Below, piece by piece: positions 24,028 through 35,192 of a DNA stretch of 64,000 nt; position 1 is the stretch's first letter; each line of letters opens with the position of its first letter. Below the pieces are notes generated by a model, which was not told where the DNA came from, did no database searches, and saw nothing but the letters and a program-made list of their open reading frames with translations. The stretch comes from Malacoraja senta (taxonomy: Eukaryota): the NCBI GenBank assembly GCA_038087875.1, contig CM075990.1:15192001-15256000 (forward strand), given 5' to 3'. The position numbers and the translations under genes are program-made.

Positions 24028-25261
24028 ATCTATCCATGTCTTCCAGAGATGCTGCCTGAACCACTGTGTCCATCCAGCACTTTGTAAACCTGCATCTACA
24101 GCTTTTTGTGTCTGCCTTCATTCTAAGTTGAGGGGGGTTCCTTTTGTGATTTAGACAAATTAAACTCTCAGGCAACTTGGTTGAAAGGATTAATCATGTC
24201 GCTTATCTCATCATGAACTCCTGCTTTTTGTCAGTTGAATTGACCAACATGCTCTTCCAATCCACATGCTTGGCAAAGAAGTTCCATTGACTACCTGAAG
24301 GACGTGGAAGACATTGTGTAGATGCAGGTTCTTCTGATATATTGACATTAAACTTGGCCAGATTTTTAAATGAAAATGTCACGCACATCATGATTAATTT
24401 ATTAAGGTGCGACATCGATAAAACAAAGGTGACAGATGGGAAGAGCCAGTTAGTCAAACCCTGTCGCCACGCAACACAGAGTTGAGAGCTGGCTCCAAGT
24501 CGAGTGTGCTGCAAAGTGTGTTGTCAGTTTAGTCACTGGAGTTAATCAGCTTTCTGGTGACAGATTGTTCAGCCCAGAAATTGGCAGCTTGGCGCAGGTA
24601 TTTTATACAAAACTCGCATACAAAACTGATTTTCCCTCGTTTGAGAGACACTAACAATTATTTTCAAGTCAATTAACGTCCAGTGGGAAATGTCCTGGGT
24701 ATTTCTCCAGTTTCTCTTAGCTTGGTTTGATCTTTGTTTTGTGACAGTCTAACATATTTCATTTGCGTAGCACAGAAGAAGGCCATTGAGACCGAAGAAT
24801 CTATGCCAGCGCTCAGATCAATCCCAATGGCCCCAATTGTTCCTTGGTAAACTATTTGCTCTCTCTTCGAGAGGCATTGACTCCCTCTCCAATTCCTCGA
24901 GCACCTTCCCACAGTAGAAGCAAATTACAGAGGCCAATTGACCTCCCAACCTGCAAGTCTTTGGGATGTGGGAGGAAAACTGAGCACCCGAGGGAAACCC
25001 ATGCAGTCACAGGGAGAACGTGCAAATGCCACACAGACAGCACCAGAGTTCTGAATCGAACTCAGATCACTGGAGCTGTGAAGCATCAATGCTAACCACG
25101 GTGCCACCAGCAACTATGACATTATTATAGATGCTGTGACCATTTCTGAATACCAAACTGAACTGTTTGGGTTAAGTTTATTATTGTAAGTTTATTATTA
25201 ATGAGGTACAGTGAAAGGCTTTGTTTTGCATGCTATCCAAACAGATCAGATCATATTTGCA

Positions 25262-25642
25262 TAACTCACTGCCCAGTCCATCATCGGCTCTGACCTCCCT
25301 ACCATCGAGGGGATCTACCGCAGCCGCTGCCTCAAAAAGGCTGCCAACATCATCAAGGACCCACACCATCCTGGCCACTCACTCATCTCCCCGCTGCCCT
25401 CAGGTAGAAGGTACAGGAGCCTGAAATCTGTAACATCCAGGTTCAGGAATAGCTGCTTCCCCACAGCCATCAGGCTACTAAACTCAACTCATACAAAACT
25501 CTGAACATTAAAAGCCCATGTGTAGGACACACCGATCTGTATTTATGTCTACTATATTCTGTTGTGCTGAAGCAAAGCAAGAATTTCATTGTCCTATCTG
25601 GGACACATGACAATAAACTCTCTTCAATCTTGAATCTTGAAA
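25262..25642 (+). mobile_element. Rex1/Babar-type LINE 3' end
   Basis: Translates TAQSIIGSDLPTIEGIYRSRCLKKAANIIKDPHHPGHSLISPLPSGRRYRSLKSVTSRFRNSCFPTAIRLLN, then AATAAA and a (CTTGAAT)n tail. Confidence 0.85.
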
Positions 25643-27350
25643 TACAAACCAATAGCATCAATCCATAGACAAAGTCCTTTGTCCGCATTGAATTAGAGGT
25701 GGTTCAGATGATACACTGGCGTATGGGAGGACTGATCAGAATCCTGATAACAGAGGTAGACAAAAGTGCGGGTGCGGCAGCATCTATGGAGCGAAGGAAA
25801 TAGGCAACGTTTCAACGATAACACAGTTCCTGAGGCTGGTGGTGCACCTTTTAAGCATCCTTTTTTTTTAACCGAATGGGAGCAGAGAGAAGGAGGAATG
25901 ATCGCGGTGGGATTGATTATGCTGCCTACTTTTTTGAGTCATTGATTATGCTGCTTACTTTTCCGAGGCAGCATGAAGTGTAGATGGAGTGAATGGTGGG
26001 GAATCTGGTCTGTGTGAAGGACTGGGTTACATCTCTAACTCTCTGCAGGAAACCTGCACCTCTTTGGTATATGGGAGGAAACCAGAGCACCCGTGGGAAT
26101 CCCTGTATGAATCTAATGGGTCTCTTCTGCCCCTTCTCTTCAAATGTGCTCGCAGAAAGTCTACCAGAAGATCCATGTTTCATTTCATTTGAGCAGAAGG
26201 TCTGGTCCTGTTTCCCTCTCCCAGGCCTAAAGGCAGTAAAACTGACTGTAACACCTCATTACTGTGATGGCTGAGACCGTCTAATAGAACAAGGATCAAG
26301 GATTGAAACTGAAAACCTAATCCAAATGCCTCCGCGCCAGATCACAAATTGCACTTGCTCCATTAAAGCATCAGGAGTGCCCCGAGTTGAATCATAAAAT
26401 CAATTAGCATTTTGTTCAAAAACAAAAGCTCCAGCAGTATTATTCAGCAAATGCAGGATTAGGCTTTTTAACATTTAATCATTACATAAGCAATCATAGC
26501 TAACTCTGAATTCTATTTTAATGGAACACTGAGCTGAGGGTATGGGATTTTGCTTACAAATCTCTTTTTGATCTCTTCATAAACATGAAAGGGTTGTGCC
26601 ACACAGGATTATGCTGAGCAATTATATGCTCTGAGAAGTAATAGAATCGGTTTTCAGACAGCTCTAATCGTTTACAATTGACTATATTTTGTGACATCCT
26701 GTAATAACTTCAACAATCCTCCATAAGCATGCAAGGACCACTTCAGGCACCCAGCCTATTTGCAAGGACCTTTACTTTCTAAACGGGCTGTTAATGTTTG
26801 CTGACAAGATTGAATGGGGTCACTTGTCATCATGGTGCAAAATGCCACACTTATTTTGCTTTTATTGCAAGCAAGTAGGGAGGCCATTTATTCAGTATAT
26901 AAAAAACCCCAAATGTACTTTGTATCTCCATCAGCTTTGGAATTTCAGAGTCAAGTCCCCCCCCCAGTGTTGTGTTTTAGCTCCTTTGCCAACCACTTAC
27001 AAAGGATTACCAAGAATAGAAATAAATATCAATTTAAGGACTGATTTCATTCCAGACGGTGTTGAGCTGTTGGTGGTGCTGGATTAGCAGTTTATTATAC
27101 AGTACATACTATTCATTTTATTTTAAAATGTTATCTGAGTAAGAAAGATTTGCATTGAGATAGCATCTTCGTAACATCAAGGTGATCAAAGTACTCTTAT
27201 GGTCCTTGCAGTAGAAAGGGGGATAGATAGAGGGTACACAAAAATGCTGGAGAAACTCAGCGGGTGCAGCAGCATCTATGGAGCGAAGGAAATAGGTAAC
27301 ATTTCGGGCCGAAACCCTTCTAAGATAGAGGTACAGTTTGCTTCCTTTGT

Positions 27351-28160
27351 GGGAAAGCAAACTCAATGCTAGCATTTATTTCAAGAGGGCTTGTACACAA
27401 AAACAGGGACGTAATGTTGAGGCTCTATAAGGCGCTGGTAAGGCCACATTGGGATCAAGAGAAGAGCGTTCACGTCACAGCCCTGTTTCCACCAATCTTT
27501 CCACCACCACGCACAAGAAGCAGAAGAAGCCACAAGACAGACACCAGTGTGCAGATGCCGAGGAGTGCATCTGCACTTCTAATCTTGTGTGTGGACTCGA
27601 TAAGAAGAAGAAGGCCATATTTGAAATATCGTGAGCAATTTTGGGCACCATATCTGAGTAAGGATGTGCCGGCTCTGGAGTGGGCCCAGAGGATGTTTAC
27701 AAGAATGATCCCAGGAGTGAGTAGGTTAACCTATGATGAGCGTTTGTCTGCACTGGGCCTGGAGTTTAGAAGAATGAGAGGGGACCTCATTTAAACGTGC
27801 AGAATAATGAAAGGCTTGGATAGAGTGGATGTGGGGAAGATGTTTCCACTAGTGGGAGAGTCTGGGACTAGAGGTCATAGCCTCAGAATTAAAGGATGTT
27901 CTTTTAGGAAGGAGATGAGGAGAAATTTATTTTGTCAGAGGGTGGAATTCTTTGCCACAGAAGGCTGTAGAGGCCAAGTCAATGGATATCTTTAAGGCAG
28001 AGATAGATAGATTTTTGATTAGTGCAGGTGTCAGAGGTTTAGGGGAGAAGGCAGGAGAATGGGGTTAGGAAGGAGAGATAGATCAGCCATGATGGAATGG
28101 TGGAGTAGACTTGATGGGCCGAATGGCCTAATTCCCCTCCTATCGCATGATCTTATGACC
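27351..28160 (+). mobile_element. CR1-type LINE 3' fragment interrupted by a ribozyme-headed insert
   Basis: MLAFISRGLVHKNRDVMLRLYKALVRPH|LKYREQFWAPYL...MRGDLI. The RT C-terminal motif is split at RPH. Confidence 0.9.
27451..27610 (+). mobile_element. 160-bp non-autonomous retroelement with 5' HDV/CPEB3-like ribozyme fold (27451-27502) and (AAG)n tail
   Basis: TSD AAGGCCAYATT (27440-27450 and 27611-27621). P2 GAGAAGA/TCTTTCC, P3 GCG/CAC around L3 TTCACGT, P1 GGGATC/AGCCCT, J4/2 CCAA. Confidence 0.75.
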
Positions 28161-28794
28161 TAAATTCTATTCATCAATTAAGAAATAATATAAACTTGTT
28201 TTTGCTAAATCCAATAGAATGATGACTGAGAGTATGTTTGATAGAACACTTTGGGTTTTAAACTAAACCATAAGAAATCTCATACACCAAATCTTATTCC
28301 ACTTGAACTGTAAGTAAATGACTTCTATTTTGTTCTCTTCTTTAAGGTATTTAACAAGAAAGCTAATTTCAGATGATTTATTATTGTGTGTTTGCAACAG
28401 TGAATTGGAGGCATTTGAGGAACATTCCTACATTTAATTCTGTTCCCATGAAGTTCAGAGGCAGATGTAGTGGATTATTAGATGGTTTCCTCCTGCATAT
28501 GTCATTATGGACTTTCCAAATTCCGTGTGCAGTTCTGGATCTACAACACAATTTCTTTACAAACCAAGTTACCAAGATTAACCAGTGGAGGGTCAGTGGG
28601 AGGCAGAAATGATTGATGTATTTGGCGTATTATCAACAGCAAGTAGGTCAGTAGCAACGCTGAGTTCAACTGCATGGTTGTCAATTGAGAGAAGAACAGT
28701 ATTGCTTTGTTTAGAAGCTGACATAAATATAGAACATGAGGAAAGATTATTGGGAAGGAGCCCGATTCGAAACAGCTTGTAAAAGGAAAATTAG

Positions 28795-29037
28795 CGTGTA
28801 GGAAGGAACTGCAGATGCTGGTTTACACCAAAGATAGACACAAAGTGCTGGAGTAACTCAATGGGTCAGGCATCATCTCTGGCGAAAAGGAATAGGTGAT
28901 GTTTTGGGTCGAGACCCTTCTTCAGAATGAGAGTCAGGGGAGAGTGTCTGAAGAATGGTCTCAACCCAAAACGCCACCTATTCCTTTGCTCCAGAGATGC
29001 TGCCTGACCCGCTGAGTTACTCCAGCATTTTGTGTCT
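28795..29037. repeat. Inverted pair of Penelope terminal repeats (palindrome)
   Basis: Minus copy about 28795-28925 and plus copy 28948-29037; both hammerhead cores are decayed. Confidence 0.8.
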
Positions 29038-30968
29038 TAAAGGAAAGTTAAGTTTGATTTGAGTATTTAGCAATGTGTTTGCTTATGGTGAAGGTGGAAG
29101 TTCCAACTATTTTGACAAAGTGGTTTTGTACAATAGAACAGCTGTATGCTTGTAAACGTTCAGCAACTGTGTCCTATTGCTTGTGACTGCAAGAGGGACA
29201 GTGATGCCATATGGAAAGAGCAGTGCTTTAAGATCAAGCTTTCATTACAGATACTGCAGTGTTCCCTTAGTCCAGCACCTCCCTATCATTGCGTTCCATT
29301 GCTGTGGCTTTTCCAAGTTGCTTAGATGTCAATAATTAGCTAGATACTCTCTTCACTGATACTACCTATGGAGAAGTGTTAACCTGTTGAACTTCTGCAG
29401 TCTTCAAGGGAATGGACAGAGCCACCTGTAAATTTATCCTATATTTGGATTTTTAGGATCTAAAGGGAAATTCATGGTCCCAAATGTGGTGGTGTAAGGC
29501 TCGAAAACTGTTATTAGTTTATTATTGTTTGCATGCACCCAGTCAAACCGTACATACAATCAAAAAAGGAAATGCAGAATATAGTGATTCAGCTACAGAG
29601 AAAGTGCAGATTATAAAATAAAGTTACAAGGTTCACAGTGAGGTAGGTTGGGAGATCAGGACCACACCCTTTGCTTATGAGAGATCCATTGAGATGTTTG
29701 CTAATAGTGGGGAGGAATTTGGTTCCTGTATCTGGGGCGTGAATGGTCCTTTTTTGGGTTTGGCTGCTTCCCTGAAGCAACTTGATGCGCAGAGTTGAGC
29801 AGCTGATGGGACAAATAGGACTGACTTAAATAGGGTATTTTGGTTGACATGGACGAGTTGGGTCAAAGGGCCAGCTCCAATGCTGCTCAATTGACTCTGT
29901 GACTCCAGGATGAGTTGGTAATGATGACGCTTTACTTCTCCTCTTGGCTCTGCACTCTGACATCTCCCTTGCTTTCCACTGTACGGTTGACCCAAGGTTT
30001 GGTTTTCCTGAAGGAGACCTGAATGAGAGGCATTGGCTGCCTGCGAGGAAACCTTGGATGGAGAGGGGAATACAAGCAAACATTCTGGCCCCTTATTTGC
30101 AAATGTGAAGCACTGATTCTGGTGAGAATACAGGGCATTTCTCATAACTTGCGAATGAGGCAATCACTTGCAATGCAACATGTTGGAGCCTTGAATATCT
30201 TCGAAGTGCTCAAGAGAGTTACCACGGTAAAATTTTTGGACACTGACTCAGGATTGCAATGAAGTGCTGACCTTGGTAATATATGCTGTCATAGGAAATG
30301 GTGTACTTATCAGAATGTTTATTCCTTATCCCGGGCTTGGTCTTTGTTCAATCATCCCTGAATCATTTAGTTCGTTTACAGCCATTCTCTGCAATATTGA
30401 TTGCGGAAGAAAAATGTTCAAACAGTATGACTTGTGCTTCCATGTCCAATTCAAAATGTGGTTAGACAGGATGCAGAGGAGACCTGAATCACAAACTCAC
30501 ACTATCTCACGGCAGTAGTTCTCAATTATCTCTGTATTTTGAATAAGAGTTTTGCCTGTCTATGTGACAAGCTATCATCTAACAGAGGAGCCACTGTATC
30601 CATAACAACGTAAATACTAATTCAGATTAGTAGCATTTGTGATTCTTTGAACCCAAGTCTGCCTGGTGTAGAAAAAGAACAGCAGTCAAACTTAATCTGC
30701 TAATGGACTTTTAATTAATTAACCAGAGATTATAACATCAGTTAATACACAAAGGATATGGAGAACTTCAGGTTCCTGAGATAGACACAACAGCTGGAGT
30801 AACTCAGCGGGTCAGACAGTATCTCTGGAGAAAAGGAATAGGTGACGTTTCTCCAGAGATGCTGTCTGTCCTATTGAGTTACTCCAGCATTTTGTGTCTA
30901 TCTTCGGTTTAAACCAGCATCTGCAGTTCCTTCCTACACATTCAAGTCCCTGAGTGTAAATATCATCA

Positions 30969-31305
30969 TCATCATCATCGGCGGTCACTCGAAACGAGTA
31001 TGACTGTCCTCTCCTCTCCATAGGGTCGTCTACTTGTAGGTCTGCAGATGTCTGTAGAGGCCGATCCGCGATCCACACACCTTGGTGCAACGTGGGCAAT
31101 GGAGACTGACGGTGGTTGGTAGTCGTCGAGCCCCCTTCTCTCTCTCCTTACGGTGCTGTCGCTTTGTCTCTGCGACACGGCGTAGTTCCATTTCGTGACG
31201 TGCAGCTCCTTCCTGCACGGATTTCCTCCAGCAGCGCCTGTCCAATGCAATGTGCTCCCAGTTGCTTGATGTGATGTGGAATTTCTTCAGACCGTTCTTG
31301 ATGTT
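30969..31305 (-). mobile_element. RTE-clade LINE 3' end with 15-bp TSD
   Basis: NIKNGLKKFHITSSNWEHIALDRRCWRKSVQEG...CPRCTKVCGSRIGLYRHLQTYK*, then a (GAT)n tail. TSD GTGTAAATATCATCA at 30954-30968 and 31306-31320. Confidence 0.9.
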
Positions 31306-31641
31306 GTGTAAATATCATCAACCTGCATTTAAAATGCAGTTAAATTCATTTAAAATATCACCCAGCTGCGGTTACACTACTCAACACTGTACCTCGGTGA
31401 CTGCCAATCACACCCCCCCCCCCCCCCGGACACTCCTCCCACCAGGATTTATTAGATTTATTTATTTACTGCTCATATTTATGTCGCTCTTCTAGGGAGA
31501 TGCTAACTGCATTTCGTTGTCTCTGTACTGTACACTGCACAATGACAATAAAGTTGAATCTGAATCTGAATCTGAATCTGAATTTAAAACAGTACTTCAA
31601 ACATTCAATTAAGACAGACAAGAGATCGATTCAATCAAACT

Positions 31642-31695
31642 GGGGTGGGAGATTGCAACCTTCACGTAGACCGCCCTGGTTCGACGAATGCAATC
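31642..31695 (+). ncRNA. Minimal HDV-like (CPEB3-type) ribozyme fold
   Basis: P1 GGGGTGG/CCGCCCT with G1.U wobble, P2 GATTGCA/TGCAATC (perfect 7 bp), L3 TTCACGT, J4/2 CGAA. P3 ACC/AGA is mismatched in this copy. No P4. Confidence 0.75.
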
Positions 31696-31781
31696 AACCC
31701 GGTGTGCACAATCAAATAAGATCAAATAGAACAAGTTGGCCTACAACTTTAGGCTGTGCACGCCATACGCAAGAAGAAGAA
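31642..31781 (+). mobile_element. 140-bp non-autonomous retroelement (Ingi/Vingi- or RTE-like derivative) with ribozyme head and (AAG)n tail
   Basis: TSD GATTCAATYAAACT at 31628-31641 and 31782-31795. The 3' end reads GCCATACGC(AAG)4. Confidence 0.8.
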
Positions 31782-32284
31782 GATTCAATTAAACTTTTTA
31801 AAAAAATTATTATCTACCATACAAGTTGATGGTTTTCCTTACATCGATGATGATCAGTTTTGTTGGTGGTTAGCGTTGTGGTAATGCAATAGGTCCAATT
31901 GTTGAATGTTATGGTGTGTAGTTGACCAAACTGATTTATTTACAAGTCATAAAGGACCTATAAGTAAAGTTACACGAATGTTTGCAGTTTTTGCAACTCA
32001 AGGTCACCAATCAACCATATTGATGCAGCTTAAGAGACACTTTACCATCCCCTCCATAAAAATACAAGCAGTATTGTATTATTGTTTCCTATGACTTCAG
32101 TCATTTACCAGCGTTCCATTTTACCTCTACTTTGAAGAATATTAAATGTCACCCTTGATTTTGTGTTGGAGGGGGCGTCAAACAAATTTAATCTGCATGT
32201 AATCTCTGCTTTTAGATCAATATTAAATCACATTAATAATTGGAGAAAAATGGAGCAGGTTTTGGAGAAATAAAAACAATATTT

Positions 32285-32593
32285 AGAAACATAGAAACAT
32301 AGAAAATAGGTGCAGGAGGAGGCCATTCGTCCCTTCGAGCCAGCACCACCAATCATTGTGATCATGGCTGATTGTCCCCAATCAATAACCCGTGCCTGCC
32401 TTCTCCCCATATCTCTTGATTCCGCTAGCCCCTAGAGCTCTATCTAACTCTCTCTTAAATCCATCCAGTGATTTGGCCTCCACTGCCCTCTGTGGCAGGG
32501 AATTCCACAAATTCACAACTCTCTGGGTGAAAACGTTTTTTTCTCACCTCAGTCCTAAATGGCCTCCCCTTTATTCTAAGACTGTTGCCCCTG
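32285..32593 (-). mobile_element. CR1/HER1-type LINE 3' end
   Basis: Near-identical to 3975-4270 and 47076-47363; (TTTCTATG)n tail. Confidence 0.9.
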
Positions 32594-32724
32594 GTTTAAT
32601 TCATGTTTTCATAGTTTGAGATCTGGCGCACGTAGCATTAGTACCCACATGGTGTTAGAGCAAAGTTTAGTTGCACATGAGAGTATGGGGAGTATCGTAA
32701 GAAGCTGCAAATGCAGCCGTACAG

Positions 32725-32903
32725 GGTACCAGTACTGTGAGTTATTGTGGGGAATGTTTTGTCGTCTACCTTTACTGATTGCATTCTATGGTTCAGGAAT
32801 TGAGGATTCAATTACAGAGGAGGTAATTGAGTCCTTGGTCCAGGAGTTTGCAAATGAATTTGGTTGGAATTTGGGTGATGAAGACGGAGCTAACGACAAA
32901 TGA
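32725..32903 (-). mobile_element. Old Rex1/Babar RT fragment
   Basis: Minus strand resembles the SS.F...IPTK.I.KLLD.GL..SL.NWIL.FL RT segment, with frameshifts. Confidence 0.55.
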
Positions 32904-33321
32904 AATTTTGACAAATATTAAATTAAATATATTAATTTAATAAATTGCAATGGAATTGGTCAGGGTGGTATTTGTATCTGTACATTAGAATAGTTCATTG
33001 CTCCCTGCATTGATGGTATTCCTACCCTCTCCTTCCCTGTTTCCTGGCTCCCTGTCCTCCAAAACATTGTTATTCAGTCAGACCACTGACTGATGGACTT
33101 AAGATATGTCCAGAAAGAAATCGGCTTGGTTGTTCCCAACACACCAATTCCTCCAATATATTTTGGGCTGTCAACTATCCTGTCTTAAAGCCAAATGGAT
33201 GGGTGACATTTTGAAATATGTTGCCCTTGCTGAGAAATAATGAAAATTTTAAGTTCATTTCCCTGCATGTTACTTTTGGTTATTATCAATAATAAATCAA
33301 ATTCTCAACATAGACACAGAA

Positions 33322-34386
33322 ATATAGACATAGATTTCAAACTATATTTTTAGACCCTTTAGAAGAAGCAATGAATATTAAGGCTGATTCACAAAAACTA
33401 ATATCATATTTTTATAATAGTATATTAAATAGAGAATTACCCTCAACAGAGGCACTAAGAGAAGATTGGGAACATGAACTAATGATAAAGATCCCGAAAG
33501 ATAGATGGGAAAAGTATCTGATGAACACACATAATTGTTCCATTAATGCAAGACATAATTTAATTCAATTTAAATTATTACATAGACTATATTATTCAAA
33601 AACGAGGTTGAATAAATTCTACCCAAATGTCTCTCCCAGATGCGATAAATGTTTGTTTCAAAATGCCAATATAACACATTCATTTGTAGGATGTACAAAG
33701 TTGAATAAATTTTGGAGCGATATATTTGATATATTTACAAAGCTCTTCAAGTCAAGAATAGAACCTAATACGGAATGGATTATATTTGGAATAATAGTAG
33801 AAGATATCAATTTAAACAAAGATCAAAAAGTATTCTTTAATTATGGGTTAATAATTGGAAAGAAATTGATACTTAAATTTTGGAAAAATACAGCTATACC
33901 AACTATTAAAATGTGGATTAGGAATATGACGGACATAGCACACCTTGAAGAAATGAGACTCCGCCTAATAGATAAATATGACCAATTCTTAAGGAGTTGG
34001 TCCCCTTTCATCGACTTTTTGGTATCATGTGATGCAGCAGTACAGTAAAGATTACTGATTTCAGGTCAGGTCGTGGATAGATTTACATCTCCGAACAAAA
34101 ATTTGAAAATTTCTTTTTTAAGGGTCTTTTTCTACTATTTCTACTTTCTATTTTTTCTTTTCTCATATACACACTTCACGTTTTTCTATTTTCTACTATC
34201 TATTTTTCCTCTTTTTCTTCTCTCTATTTTTTTTTTATTTTTTACTTCCTTTTCAAAAACATAAAACTAGAGGTTGTACATAGAATGTATTACGTTATGA
34301 CATAGTTGGCACCTAAAATTAGGTACCACTGTATTGTTTTGGATTGTATTAACTTCTAATAAAATAAAAAAATTTAAAAAATAAAA
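33322..34386 (+). mobile_element. 5'-truncated L1-clade LINE with 28-bp TSD
   Basis: Open ORF2 C-terminus, T-rich 3' UTR, AATAAA and A-rich tail. TSD AAATCAAATTCTCAACATAGACACAGAA at 33294-33321 and 34387-34414. Confidence 0.92.
33323..34048 (+). pseudogene. L1 ORF2 C-terminal remnant (zinc-binding region), not a host gene
   Basis: The 225-aa track ORF stays open back to the truncation point. Contains IQFKLLHRLYYSKTRL...CDKC...HSFVGC..L..FW. Confidence 0.88.
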
Positions 34387-34544
34387 AAATCAAATTCTCA
34401 ACATAGACACAGAAGTTGGCACAAATTTTCTAGCATAGATGAACCGTAAGTCATTCCAAAGCTGAAATATGGGTTCTCTACCAACCAGGGCTGTGTGCGT
34501 TAGCAAGGAGTGGCCAGGTGTCTGTCAAAAGCAATCCCATATTA

Positions 34545-35192
34545 CTTCAAGTAACCCTTGCATCCCCTCTATCTCCGTCCCTCCCCCACCCTAGTCATCG
34601 TACTAGTTTTACTGTCTTCCTGCTTAGTTTAACTGCTAGTATCACTCGTTATTACCTTCTCCATAGCCAACAATGGACCATTGTGGGCTCCACCTTTCCT
34701 TGATCATCATTGCTGGCTTTGATTTGTCCTTTTGGATACCTATCATTCATTTAGACGCAAAAAGCTGGAGTAACTCAGCGGGTGAGACAGCATCTCTGGA
34801 GAAAAGGAATAGGTGATGTTTTGGGTCGAGACAATTCTTCAGACTGAGGGCCAGGAGAAAGGGAAATGAGGGATATAGATGGTCATATAGAGAGATATAG
34901 AACAAATGAATGAAAGATATGAAAAAAAGTAACGATGATAAAGGAAACAGGCCATTGTTAACTGTTAGGTGAGAATGACAACGAGACTCAACAAGACGAC
35001 TTTCAACAAGCATCTGCAATTCCTTTCTATACCTTTCATTCATATGTGTTTTGTACCTTTTGATATCTCTCATTTTTCCTTACCCCCGACTCTCAGTCTG
35101 AAGAAGGGACTCAACCCGAAACTTCACCTATTCTTTTTCCCCAGAGATGCTGCCTGTCCCATTGAGTTACTCCAGCTTTTTGTGTCTATCTT
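34545..35192 (+). mobile_element. Penelope-like 3' region with an opposite-strand copy nested inside (34752-34985)
   Basis: The plus copy ends in CTGAAGAAGGGACTCAACCCGAAACTTC...TTTTGTGTCTATC. The internal minus copy is the same family. Confidence 0.8.

Noticed and set aside
33371..34048. 225-aa ORF as a host gene
   Set aside because: L1 ORF2 C-terminus inside a TSD-flanked, A-tailed insertion.
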